Of a stretch of DNA of 64,000 nt, positions 53,114-64,000 are shown piece by piece. The first letter of the stretch is position 1. Every line of letters begins with the position of its first letter. The position numbers and the translations under genes are program-made. Source of the stretch: Paramecium tetraurelia (Eukaryota). The notes beneath the pieces were generated by a model that ran no database searches, was not told where the DNA came from, and saw only the letters and a list, made by a program, of their open reading frames with translations. The stretch lies in contig CT868667.1 in the NCBI GenBank assembly GCA_000165425.1, forward strand, positions 124,001-188,000, read 5' to 3'.

Positions 53114-54957
53114 TCAATTATTAAATTCACTATTCAACTCATCATCAAGTAGCTTTATATTTGCTCTATTAGTATTTTGAATCCTTTCTAAATGACTTGG
53201 ATTTAATCCATTCAAAAGTGGGTTTCCTTGGAGAATTTCCCTTGATATGACTCCTTGATTTATTGTCACCTTTCTGACTATTTCAGATATTATCTGCTAA
53301 TATCCTCTCAATTTTTAAATCTATTACTATTGAACATAGACTAAAAAACATCCGTTCTTGCGAGTATCATTTAAGACTAGGTCTTCACTCACAATAGACA
53401 CTTGAAAATCACACATCCTATACCATTATTCTTCATGGAAGTTATAGATGTATATGTAAAATAAGTGATCATTCTCCTCTTTTATTTCAATGACTGTTGC
53501 CTATAGACAGTAACTATATTTCGAATTTTGGTTCTCTTCTCTCGGGATTAAGTTCATATTAAACGGTAAGTACTTTGATAAATACTTCTCTTTATCCTAC
53601 TTATCAACTTTTAACTATTAAAGTGTTTCTTCCTATATGACACCCTTTTCACTTATTATAGAACTGGCAACATGCAATGAGTTATAAATTTGTTATGCTA
53701 CTATCAATCATTATCATACATTTTTTGATTTCTTTAATAGTTTCCTCATTGAGCTTATTCTCAAAGATCTATATAAATTTATCTGTTTTAGCTGAATGAA
53801 ATAGAATTTCTAAATCTATTTTTTAACTTAACCAATAATCTACATTATTATTCTGGCCATTTTGGTATTCTTTATCCCTTCTGTTTATTTAAAAGGCCCA
53901 ATAGGTTTTGAAAGGTTATTATTATTAAAGTGCTTAAAGATTTTCAATCTGTTTCAACAAAGATAAATGAAATAATCTATCCTCTTATTCGAATTTCAAG
54001 TAAATCGATTTTTATCCACCCTTTTTGGTGCCTGCAAATGATTAAAATGAATTATCAAATATTGAAATTTATTTCTATTTATTTATATCCTATAAACATT
54101 TATTAATAATTTCCATATGATTTTCAAGTTGCTATGCAAAGTTTATCTAACCATCAATAATTATCAATTTGTTCAGTCTGTTGGCAGCGACTAAAAGGTT
54201 AGAATCTTTAACAAATCTTTCATTTGAAAAAATGAAAGAGCAAAATAAATATTGCAATTCATTTATATATTAGCTCTAAATAGGATAAAAATATTACATT
54301 TTGATCATCCTTATTAATTAAATTAGGCATGTTAAGAATCGATTCCACTAATTCTGGATTTTAGAAAAGCAACTAATAAATGCAATTGAAGAATCCAGTC
54401 CCTTCATTTTTTTTTATTCCTATTGCAGACTTATGTATACGTAATTACAATTTATCATTCTAACCTTCATTTTTCCTATCTCTTAATAAGGATTGTCTTT
54501 CTTTAATTATTGTCATATTTTCCCACTCTTAATTCTCTATCTATTGTAGAAAGTCCCTTATTTAATTTATTCTTTTATTTTTAGTTTGTATCCAATCAAA
54601 TTTATCAATTTATTCTATTGCCTCTGGATTTTTAATGAAACTCTTTAATTGTGATTAAGTCTATACTTTATTTTATTATAAATAATCTCCCTCCATAGAG
54701 CCATGAGATTGAACTTACATTTATAATTCTTCTTCTTCCTCCTCCTCTTACTCCTACTTCAATAAAATTTCAGCTGCTTGTCTCCTGTTTTAAGGCACTA
54801 AATCTTCACTTAAAAATTCGCCTGCATTCAAAATAAAATCCATCGACTTCTCCTTATCCCATTAAAAGTACATCAAAATCGAAATGATCAATAGTTTAGA
54901 GCGATTTGTAATCTCCATCAATTACTTTATATGTTCCTTTTTCTGTGCGTCTAACAT
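53114..54957 (-). CDS. USP-like pseudo-deubiquitinase with N-terminal UBA-like domain
   Basis: Degenerate Cys box GIKKNEGTGFFNCIYQLLFQNP and His box LQATVIEIKEENDHLFYIYIYNFHEEQWYRMCD. N-terminus IKQLMEIT...FQWDKEKSMDFIL. Confidence 0.75.
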
Positions 54958-55142
54958 TGTAATATTTTTAAATAATTATTATTAGTAATTATTTTTCTAT
55001 TATAAAAGTTTCTTCTGAAGATTTACCTAATAGAATTATTTAGTAAACTATGCTAGATCAAAATTTCCTTTAAATAAAAACGACCTTATTATAATAATTC
55101 AATTTAAAATGCTTATTATTATACTTATAATAATTATTTATA

Positions 55143-56003
55143 ATGTCAACTTTCTAAGAAAGGTTTAAGGGCAAAACTACTGTTATGGGAAGAAATGGAA
55201 TGGAGTCAGTTCTCAATACTTGTTAATAACCTATTAAAAAAGACTTTGAATGTATTATATTTATCTTAAATCAGATTAAAATAGATGTCCTCAGATTCCA
55301 TAACCTCTGAAATAATAAGTTAATGTACAACCATTTCCTAATCAAATTCAATATAACCATCAGCAAAATCATTAAATTTTATATTAACATAATCCATATA
55401 TCCAAGAATAATAAATTCAGGATCATCTCTAATATTTGAGTCAATAACAATATTTTCAACCCTCCACTAATTACTAAGCAAGACAAACTGCCACTGAACC
55501 CCAAAAAAAGAATGAACAAAGATCATAATCTGCAAAATAATAATAGCAATCAGTTGACGATTCGTAACGGTACAAACCATACACCATCAAGGATTTTGAA
55601 ATGATGAAAAAGACAGCGAATGCTAAATTAGGAGGTTTGGGGCCTAATATCAGTGGAGAAGAATGGGCAAAAGAGAAGGAAAAGCTACACAAAAGATAAG
55701 AATTTGCAGAATAAGTCAGGCTGTTTAATTCAACCAATATTATAACTATCAAAAATAAAGAAACCAAACTTCCTGAAATTAATGCAAGGTATTATTATAA
55801 ATATATCTAGGCAAAAGGCGATTGAATTCGCCAGAAATATACCAAAACCAGTGGCCAAAAAAAAAGATGATATTCCAATGAAGAGTATGCCCAATAAACC
55901 TGTAAATAATTAAGGAATCAATAGGGATCCTTTTGATGATGAAATTGCAAGACTGGAAAAAGAACATATTAAATATTTAAACTAATTGGATAAAATGAAA
56001 TGA
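55143..56003 (+). CDS. JHY: Jhy-like ciliary protein
   Basis: YKPYTIKDF...KLGGLGPN...KRQEFAEQVRLFN and RQKAIEFARNIPKP. Confidence 0.7.
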
Positions 56004-56219
56004 TTTTTCATGTAATTTTATATTAACACACTTCTTATGCTTTTAATATAAGGGTTGCATAAGTTATAAAATATAAATGCTAAATTATTATACTTTTTTG
56101 AGCTAATGAATTAATCTAAACTTTCATTTAAAATATATGTTATTATAATTCAAATATGATTGTAAAATTATATTGAAATTCATCATAATAGAATAAATTC
56201 ATTACACATTCCTCTCATG

Positions 56220-58237
56220 TCAATAAGTATTATTATAATTAAAGAAATAAAATGGCTATTTTGATTTAAATACTCCTGTTAAGTGATGGTTCTTTGATTG
56301 TTAAATAATTTATTTTAGAATACAACAAACAGGCTTATTGTATCTTGAGAAAAAGCATGGCTCTTCACATTTTTGAGAATTCAAAATAGCACTATACCCA
56401 AGAGACAAAGCATTCTTAAGATAAATAATGATTAGGTACTTTTATGTGCTTGATTTTGAAGGTACTACTAGCAATATTATTGCCTTTATTATGCAAATCC
56501 AGAATAACTAATTCTTATTATCCTTAATCACTAAAATTAGATTAATCTTTACAATTAAGGAAATTATTATTAGTAAATGTTAGGTTCGTCAACTTACATA
56601 TTCTCTGATTGGGATGGAACAATATTGATAATTTTATTAAAATAATCGATATCTTAACTATAAAGATCGAAAAAGTCTAAAAAGGTCTTACCAATCTCTT
56701 CATTATCAGTATCACGTACACGTTTAATTTATAGTAAGGCTAAAATCATAGTCAGAATGCAATAGCTATTCAAACCACCCTTATTACAAATTAATAAGAT
56801 ACTTAGTATGCATTTAAAAGATTAATAGATTTAAAGTAAAACTTCAGTATTAAAGCAAGACTTTTAAACTATTTAAATTCTTTTTAAAATTCTATCATTG
56901 AATTGGCAGTCTTTCTGCCAGAATGATCGTTTTTACTTATTGTGATATCAATCAATTTATTTTAAAATTCTTATGAACACTACATTTTCAAAACAGGCTT
57001 CCTTGCATTATCAATTACTTTGACATCCTTAATAAAGCCTTGTATCTAAAACTATATACCATAATACTTTGAATTATTCAGCAATTTTATACAAAGAGAT
57101 CCTTTCTTATTCATTTGTTTCTATTACAATATCAATATCAGAGTCAAGTAAATTTAACCCCGTATAGCAAGAACCGTATAAAAAGGCACGAGATTTAGAA
57201 GATACAGTTTGAACAATCTAATAATTGAATGAGAATAGATCATACTTCATCAACCATCTACACAATTTTGTCAATAATTGGCCTTTATTCTTCCAATAAT
57301 TTATTCAGCTCTTGAGAGAAGGTATTGATTTCAAAAGATAATTACCTAAATTTACTAATATGGTTACTTAACAATGTCATCTAAGGTAGTTCTGTGTTAA
57401 GGTAAAGTAACGATGGTTTCAGAGATCAATTAATCATAAAATGGTTGATTTATATAATTATGCTCTGGAATTTATGATTCCGAGTCCTTCTTTTCTTTGT
57501 TTTCTGTTTGGATTGCTTGATCATTGAATACTTTGGGTGGTTTATGAAAAATTTCACAACAATCCTCATATTTGGATGACTTCTGCGAATTTTAATTATT
57601 TTCAACTAATTCTTCTTACTTTCTTTTTCTATTTGGGGATTTTTGAAATTGAATTTCTTCTTCAATAAGTTAGTTTCTTGTTTCTTGATTGTAAGCAACA
57701 TCTAATGGTGTTTGATGTTGTTAATTTTTTTTTTTATAGAGATTTTCTTTTTGACAAATACTTTTTATAATTTATAAATTGCCCAATCTAGATGCTACAT
57801 GTAACGCTGTGTCTCCATTTTCATCCTGTCCAGAAGCCCCATACTATTCAATTATCTTTTGTGCCGTTTTAAAATTGCCTTTACGCAGTGATTTGATTAA
57901 GTGTTAAGGCTTTTCAAGGGAGGTGAGTTGAAGCAATGTTTCCACAATATCCCAATTATCTTATTCTGATTAAATCGCGATATCAAGTGCTAGTTTAAAT
58001 TATTTTTTCTCAAACTTTTCTTTGTATTTTATAATTTCATTTAATATGCTAATTTTGCCGCTTTTTGCTGCCTAGATCAAAGCAGTGTTTCCTTGATTAT
58101 CCTTATAATTGAAATCAATTTATTATCTTGATATTTTTGGAAAATATTTACTTTAAAATTTATTAAATGCATTATAAGTGTTCTTCACTATCTCTAGTAT
58201 AATAGATGCATTCAACTAAGGCTTATGAAAAATTCAT
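56220..58237 (-). CDS. Ankyrin-repeat + Trf4/PAPD5-type non-canonical poly(A) polymerase / nucleotidyltransferase
   Basis: ANK: DNQGNTALIQAAKSG, DENGDTALHVASRLG, QTPLDVA. NTase: LYGSCYTGLNLLDSDIDIV, ARKPVLK, IDIT, GGLNSYCILTMI, LDFFDLYS, LVILDLHNKGNNIASSTF. Seven tiny introns restore one frame. Confidence 0.88.
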
Positions 58238-58487
58238 TTATGCTGTTTAATTTACTCGTATATAATCTTCTAATTAAACATATTCACCTAAATTTCAAAT
58301 GTAGTGGTACCTTGATTAGTAAATTCGACTATTTTTTATTAGTGAATAGATTATTATTACATATCGTGATTTTTAATAATTTATTTAATACATTAACAAA
58401 AATTCTCATTATAATAAAACAGTCCATATATACAGATAATAATAAATTTAGTAAAAACAAAAACTGTTTTATCAAATATGGATTGAA

Positions 58488-59177
58488 TCAAAGTGGCTAA
58501 GGTGATTCTTATAAAATAAGTGTCTTTTGCCCGTTTAGCAATATGTGTATTAATTCAAATAGTCTCATGTTTCCATCGAGTTTCTACGTTTTCACTCTGC
58601 CCACTAAGATAGATAAATAAGGATGTAGAAACTTCCTTTTTTAATTAGTTTTATTAATTCTATCCCAATACGCTTGTGAAATTAGGTTTGATAGCTCTTT
58701 GACCATCAGAAAACATGAAAGTTTACTTATGTCAAATTTAAATTCGTATTCATTTTAGTTTTGCAATAATACAATTATGTCTATCGAATATACTTTTTAC
58801 TTGATAATAATTAAATACAATACCAGCATCTATTTCTATAAAGATTTCCACACTTTGGTCTATAATTGATTCATCTCAATTTAAGAGGATGGACTTAAAT
58901 GTAAATGGAATTAAGATTACTTGATGAAGTTTAGATTGCTGATTGCAATGGTTTCTTAAGCATATGCTTAGTTCTTTCCTTGCATAGCACTGTTAATATC
59001 TTCTTTTGTGGAAGCTCTCCTAAAAGCCATAATGTTAAAATTCCTGCAGAACTAACTTGACTCATAACTGGTAGTTCGTCCTAAAGTGATGTCGGACTCT
59101 TTAGGTTAGGTATGTGAATGGTGAATTTAAATTTGTCGTAAAATTGAGTAGTCAGTAGTAGAAGACACTTATTTCAT
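58488..59177 (-). CDS. Hypothetical protein (possible ubiquitin-like C-terminal fold)
   Basis: Open C-terminal frame ...FKFDISKLSCFLMVKELSNLI...KLDGNMRLFEL. The exon structure of the 5' part is unresolved. Confidence 0.5.
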
Positions 59178-59336
59178 TTATAAATTATAATTATGTTTTA
59201 AATATCTATTGCATTTTCCATTTGCAGTTAATATGAATGCTAAGGAGTATTAGACTAATTGTGTTTGATAATATCAAAATCTATATTCGATTAAGAGAAT
59301 ACTTATGAAAATAAATATTTATAAAACATAAAGTAA

Positions 59337-59999
59337 ATGTCTAATATAAAATTCGTGTATTAGAGGAAAGTCCACAAATTGCCAGCAAAGGTCTAGAATT
59401 ATTAAGAAATCGTTGAAACCATAAAGACCATATATCCACAACTCAAAGAAGTTCATTTATTTACTATTATCAATCCTAGTAGAGATTTAAACTTATTCTT
59501 AGATCATCCAATTGAAATTGAAGAAATAAATTGTGATTTTGGTTTAACATTCCTGAAGAAGCTGTATAAATAAATGAGATGGCCAACAATCAAATTGCTA
59601 CTTCTAGAAAATGAAAAGGATGAAAATCAAATTAAAAATTCTATCGATTTACTAAATCAAAGCACAATTATTTTGGATTAATCAAATTACTAATCAACTA
59701 AACCGAAAACAGAGTAAGAAATTGAAAACTTAAAGGCTAGAGAATAATAAAAATAAGTCAACGATTATAAAAAAGATGAAAAATTAAAACAAACACTTAT
59801 TGAAATCATTGATGAACGATTAAGGTACCATAAGCTTTTGAATTCTAATACCTAAGAAACTGACATGATAGAAAAGGCTAAACAATTAAGTTAAATTTTC
59901 CCCTATTAACCTCAGGATTAGTTACTTGAATTCGTAAAGCATTAAGGATCTAATTTATCATTAGATAAGTTAGCATCTTTGCTGACTCAGAATTAATGA
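59337..59999 (+). CDS. PB1-like + C-terminal UBA/CUE-like protein, short paralog of 33604-34691
   Basis: MSNIKFVYQRKVHKLP...IINP...WPTIKLL, and C-terminal KAKQLSQIFPYQPQDQLLEFV. Confidence 0.7.
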
Positions 60000-60041
60000 T
60001 TATTTGATTTATATATTAAATAAATTAAAAAAGATTTAAAA

Positions 60042-60252
60042 ATGGTATTAGCTTCACACTTATTGTTTAATAGGGAGCACACAAATCCTTGAGAATGAAG
60101 AAAAGATTAATTAAAGCCAATAAATAAAATAGACCATTACCAAATTGGTTCAGATATAGAACTGACAATACAATCAGGTATTTGAAATAGCAATTTTTAG
60201 ATATAATTCAAAGAGAAGACACTGGAGAAGAACTAAGCTTAATATCAATTGA
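60042..60252 (+). CDS. RPL39: 60S ribosomal protein L39, 2 introns
   Basis: [52 protein letters not shown]. Confidence 0.97.
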
Positions 60253-60615
60253 GTCATGATTAACATTATTACATGTACAAATTAACATCAATACTCATTT
60301 TATTCAAACTCATTATTTATATTCATATGCATCGAAAATTAAATATATAAATAGCCCAATCGATTTGTTAATTTTACAATATCAATATTCTATGCTATTT
60401 CTGTACTTTAACTTAGTAATTTAGCTATTGAATCGATTGCTCTTTATTATCCAATTTTAGAATTATTTATTTCAATATGTTTTTATCATTCTGTATTTGA
60501 TTTGTTAATTTAAATATATTCATATGCATAATATTTGCTTTCTGTAATCAAAACCCATTTTGATGAAGGAGTTAAGAATATTTTCTTAGGATCTAATAAG
60601 TAACTTTATCTACTA

Positions 60616-61405
60616 NNNNNNNNNNNNNNNNNNNNNNNNNNNNNNNNNNNNNNNNNNNNNNNNNNNNNNNNNNNNNNNNNNNNNNNNNNNNNNNNNNNNN
60701 NNNNNNNNNNNNNNNNNNNNNNNNNNNNNNNNNNNNNNNNNNNNNNNNNNNNNNNNNNNNNNNNNNNNNNNNNNNNNNNNNNNNNNNNNNNNNNNNNNNN
60801 NNNNNNNNNNNNNNNNNNNNNNNNNNNNNNNNNNNNNNNNNNNNNNNNNNNNNNNNNNNNNNNNNNNNNNNNNNNNNNNNNNNNNNNNNNNNNNNNNNNN
60901 NNNNNNNNNNNNNNNNNNNNNNNNNNNNNNNNNNNNNNNNNNNNNNNNNNNNNNNNNNNNNNNNNNNNNNNNNNNNNNNNNNNNNNNNNNNNNNNNNNNN
61001 NNNNNNNNNNNNNNNNNNNNNNNNNNNNNNNNNNNNNNNNNNNNNNNNNNNNNNNNNNNNNNNNNNNNNNNNNNNNNNNNNNNNNNNNNNNNNNNNNNNN
61101 NNNNNNNNNNNNNNNNNNNNNNNNNNNNNNNNNNNNNNNNNNNNNNNNNNNNNNNNNNNNNNNNNNNNNNNNNNNNNNNNNNNNNNNNNNNNNNNNNNNN
61201 NNNNNNNNNNNNNNNNNNNNNNNNNNNNNNNNNNNNNNNNNNNNNNNNNNNNNNNNNNNNNNNNNNNNNNNNNNNNNNNNNNNNNNNNNNNNNNNNNNNN
61301 NNNNNNNNNNNNNNNNNNNNNNNNNNNNNNNNNNNNNNNNNNNNNNNNNNNNNNNNNNNNNNNNNNNNNNNNNNNNNNNNNNNNNNNNNNNNNNNNNNNN
61401 NNNNN
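60616..61405. other. Assembly gap (N run)
   Basis: 790 consecutive N. Confidence 1.
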
Positions 61406-62940
61406 ACCATCATGCAAAAAAACCATCGTACGCAGAGAATATCATATATCATAAAAGCAATGTGAGCAATTCGTAAGTGTACGAACATAGTTATCAATTG
61501 AAAAGTAAAGTAATACCAAAAAAAGTTGAGAGCAAAAGCATGTTGAGCAGTACCTAGATGTCATTTAAGTTGAAGTTGGCTAGCAAATACAATTCAGCAA
61601 ATTCAGTGAATTCAATCAATTCACAATCTCGATCTGAACAGATATTGAACTCGATATCTGAATCAGCTCCAAATTCCCCCAAGAAGGAGAAGCAATCTCA
61701 CGGTCGTAAATCAGAGTTGAATGATAAAACTCAATTGGTAGCATAATAGGTGGAGAGTGTCCCTCCAGAGATAGTGGGACGTCAACATTTCAAATTTCTA
61801 TATGTGATTGGGAAGGGAGGCTTTGGTAGAGTATGGAAAGTAGAAATGAAGAAAAATAAAAAGATGTACGCTCTAAAGGAAATGGCAAAGGCTAAGATCA
61901 TTCAGAAACGTAGTGTAAATTCTGTACTAAATGAGAAATATTTGTTAGAACATCTTCATCATCCCTTCCTTGTTAATATGTCATATGCATTCTAAGACAG
62001 AGAGAATCTATATCTAATCATCGATCTCTTGACCGGTGGAGATTTACGTTTCCATTTAGGTAAGATGAGAAAATTCAGTGAAGCTTAAACAAGTACTTAT
62101 TGATCATCTAAGTTGTTTAGAATTCTTCGTTGCCTGCATTCTCCTCTCTCTAACATATCTACATCAACACGGCATCATCCATCGAGATCTAAAGCCAGAG
62201 AATCTCGTCTTGGAAGAAGATGGCTACATGAGATTGACTGATCTTGGAATTGCACGCATAAACAAGGGCAATAATGCTGGAGATACTTCTGGTACTCCAG
62301 GATATATGGCACCTGAAGTGATGTGTAGAATGGATCACTCCATTGTGGCTGACTATTATGCATTAGGTGTCATTACATATGAATTAATGCTTGGACGTAG
62401 ACCATATAATGGTAGAACCAGACAAGACATTCGTGAATAGATCTTGGCTAAATAAGTCTAAGTAAGGAGAGAAGAAATGCCTAATTATTGGAGTGAGAGT
62501 GCTATGGATTTTGTTAATACAGTATAGATTCAATCATATACAGTTAATCTAACGGAAACCGGAGAGAAGATTGGGAGCCAATGGCATTGAAGAAATTCTT
62601 CATCATCCCTGGCTCAAAGGATTTCCATGGGATGATCTCTTAAAAAAGAAATTGACAGCTCTCTATATTCCTGGAGTATGTTAATATATGTAAAGTAGGC
62701 TGTGGACAACAATTTTGATTTCCAAAACTAGATATCGGAGGAGACATAATTGAATGATGAGTAATAACTGGAGAATCAGGTTATGTTGCGTCGAGACACA
62801 GTTCAAGGTAATGTCATAGCAATATTTCAATAGCATTATTTGATGGGTATCAATATGATGTTGATCTCTCAAAACTTTAACATTAATAAACTCAAAAAAA
62901 CACATAGAGAAGACTCTAACAATCACCAGACAAAAAATGA
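61406..62940 (+). CDS. AGC-group Ser/Thr kinase, paralog of 49583-51082 (5' end probably within the gap)
   Basis: [41 protein letters not shown] and tail FDGYQY. The frame is open back to the gap. Confidence 0.92.
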
Positions 62941-63001
62941 AATCTATAGATATATATATATATGATTAGTTAATATTAATCTTTATCTTTTGAATATTGT
63001 C

Positions 63002-64000
63002 TCATTATCCTTTTCTTGCTGAAACTGATTACTATTTGGAGACTGCATGTTCCTCAATCAAAGAGTCACCAACATATTCATTTACTCGTTTCTTGAGATA
63101 TTCATTAACAGTTGCAATCTTCTCTCTGTAAATCAACAACGATTCCTCTAATAATTGATTCTCCTCGTGTCTTTTATCCTTCTCTGAGTTGTACAACTTC
63201 TTTTTATAGTTGTATTCCTCTAAAATAGTAATGAATAAATGTAATACCTTGAGTCAAACTGAGAATTCTCATGCTTTGATCTTACAACTCCTTCTTTTTG
63301 GTTAAGATATCAGATGCCAATTCTTTGTCATTCTATAAGGAATTCAAGAACTTGGCTTTAGCATCATACTCTTATTTCAAAGATTCCTATTCAGCCAAGA
63401 GATTGGTTTTGAAATCAGCGAAATCGTTGGCAGATTGGATTTCTTACTCTTCCAATCCCTTGATTGTGTCTCTCAATTTTTCAATCAATTATTAAATTAC
63501 TCCTACAACATCCTTTGTCATCAATTACACTAATTATTCACCATTTCCTCTCTGTCCTATTGAATAAATGATGAGATTTACTGGTTTGTGAGAATGAAGC
63601 CTCATCATCTCCTAATTTCACAAAGTCTTAGACTGCTTGTTCTTCGAAAAGGTTGGCATACTTGCTCAATTTCTCAGCATAATCTCCAACGTGACTTTTT
63701 TCAACCAAATTAGTTTATTTGCTTTGAGCATCACTTCTAACCCAATCGAGTACTGAAAGTGCATTTTTGTACTCTCTAAGGGTGTCAATGAACAAAGCAT
63801 TGGCTTCACAACGTTATCTAGAGTTTAATAAAAAAGAGATTTACTCTGCCAAGTTTTCTAATTTAAGTTCATTTGCCTTATATCTCTTATTATTCCAATT
63901 CAAGTAATCTGTAGTTTGTTGTATCTTCAAACTTAATTAAGTAAGATAAAGAATTACTCAACAGCTTCGAGGTCTTGTGAAGCAGCGGCAGCACTCTTTG
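63002..64000 (-). CDS. Trichocyst matrix protein / granule lattice protein family (5' truncated by window edge)
   Basis: Acidic coiled coils with QRCEANALFIDTLREYKNALSVLDWV and IEGLEEQEIQSANDFADF, typical of ciliate secretory-granule core proteins. Confidence 0.7.

Noticed and set aside
56286..56900. Plus-strand YFYVLDFEGTT resembling an ERI1/DEDDh exonuclease motif
   Set aside because: It is the antisense shadow of the minus-strand Trf4-like gene, and no other exonuclease motifs follow.
58230..58285. In-frame TGA suggesting the ANK-NTase gene is a pseudogene or uses readthrough
   Set aside because: Starting at ATG 58237 with a 25-nt intron gives a clean frame.
60593..61497. Long ORFs of 277 and 294 aa in the ORF track
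   Set aside because: Artefacts of the N gap.
1..64000. CRISPR arrays, transposons, telomeric repeats, retained IESs, tRNA/rRNA genes
   Set aside because: None recognised by eye. IESs cannot be called without a germline/somatic comparison.

Overview
AT-rich, gene-dense eukaryotic DNA that reads as ciliate macronuclear sequence, most likely Paramecium (aurelia complex). TAA/TAG encode Gln, TGA is the only stop, introns are tiny (about 20-31 nt, GT..AG) and intergenic gaps are very short. The supplied standard-code ORF track therefore shows only fragments, and I re-translated the genes by hand with the ciliate code. About 40 protein-coding loci are recognisable. They include PDCD5, a Qb-SNARE, a Puf protein, Tubby, a SERBP1/Stm1-like protein, a DENN protein, PrpB, importin-beta, a Cdc15-like kinase, an ER DnaJ, AGC kinases, a USP, Jhy, RPL39 and a trichocyst matrix protein. 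There is also an H/ACA snoRNA, a few decaying genes and a 790-nt N gap. The most notable items are: an active USP with a tandem catalytically dead paralog; an ankyrin-repeat/Trf4-type nucleotidyltransferase fusion; a UBL-ANK-PH-AGC kinase; a tandem active/inactive permuted-papain (PPPDE/LRAT-like) membrane protein; GTSF1-like and divergent HP1-like proteins; a Cys-to-Gly pseudo-cathepsin; a frameshifted RFC2 pseudogene; and convergent genes whose stop codons abut. All calls come from manual translation and motif recall. No database searches were run, so novelty is unverified.
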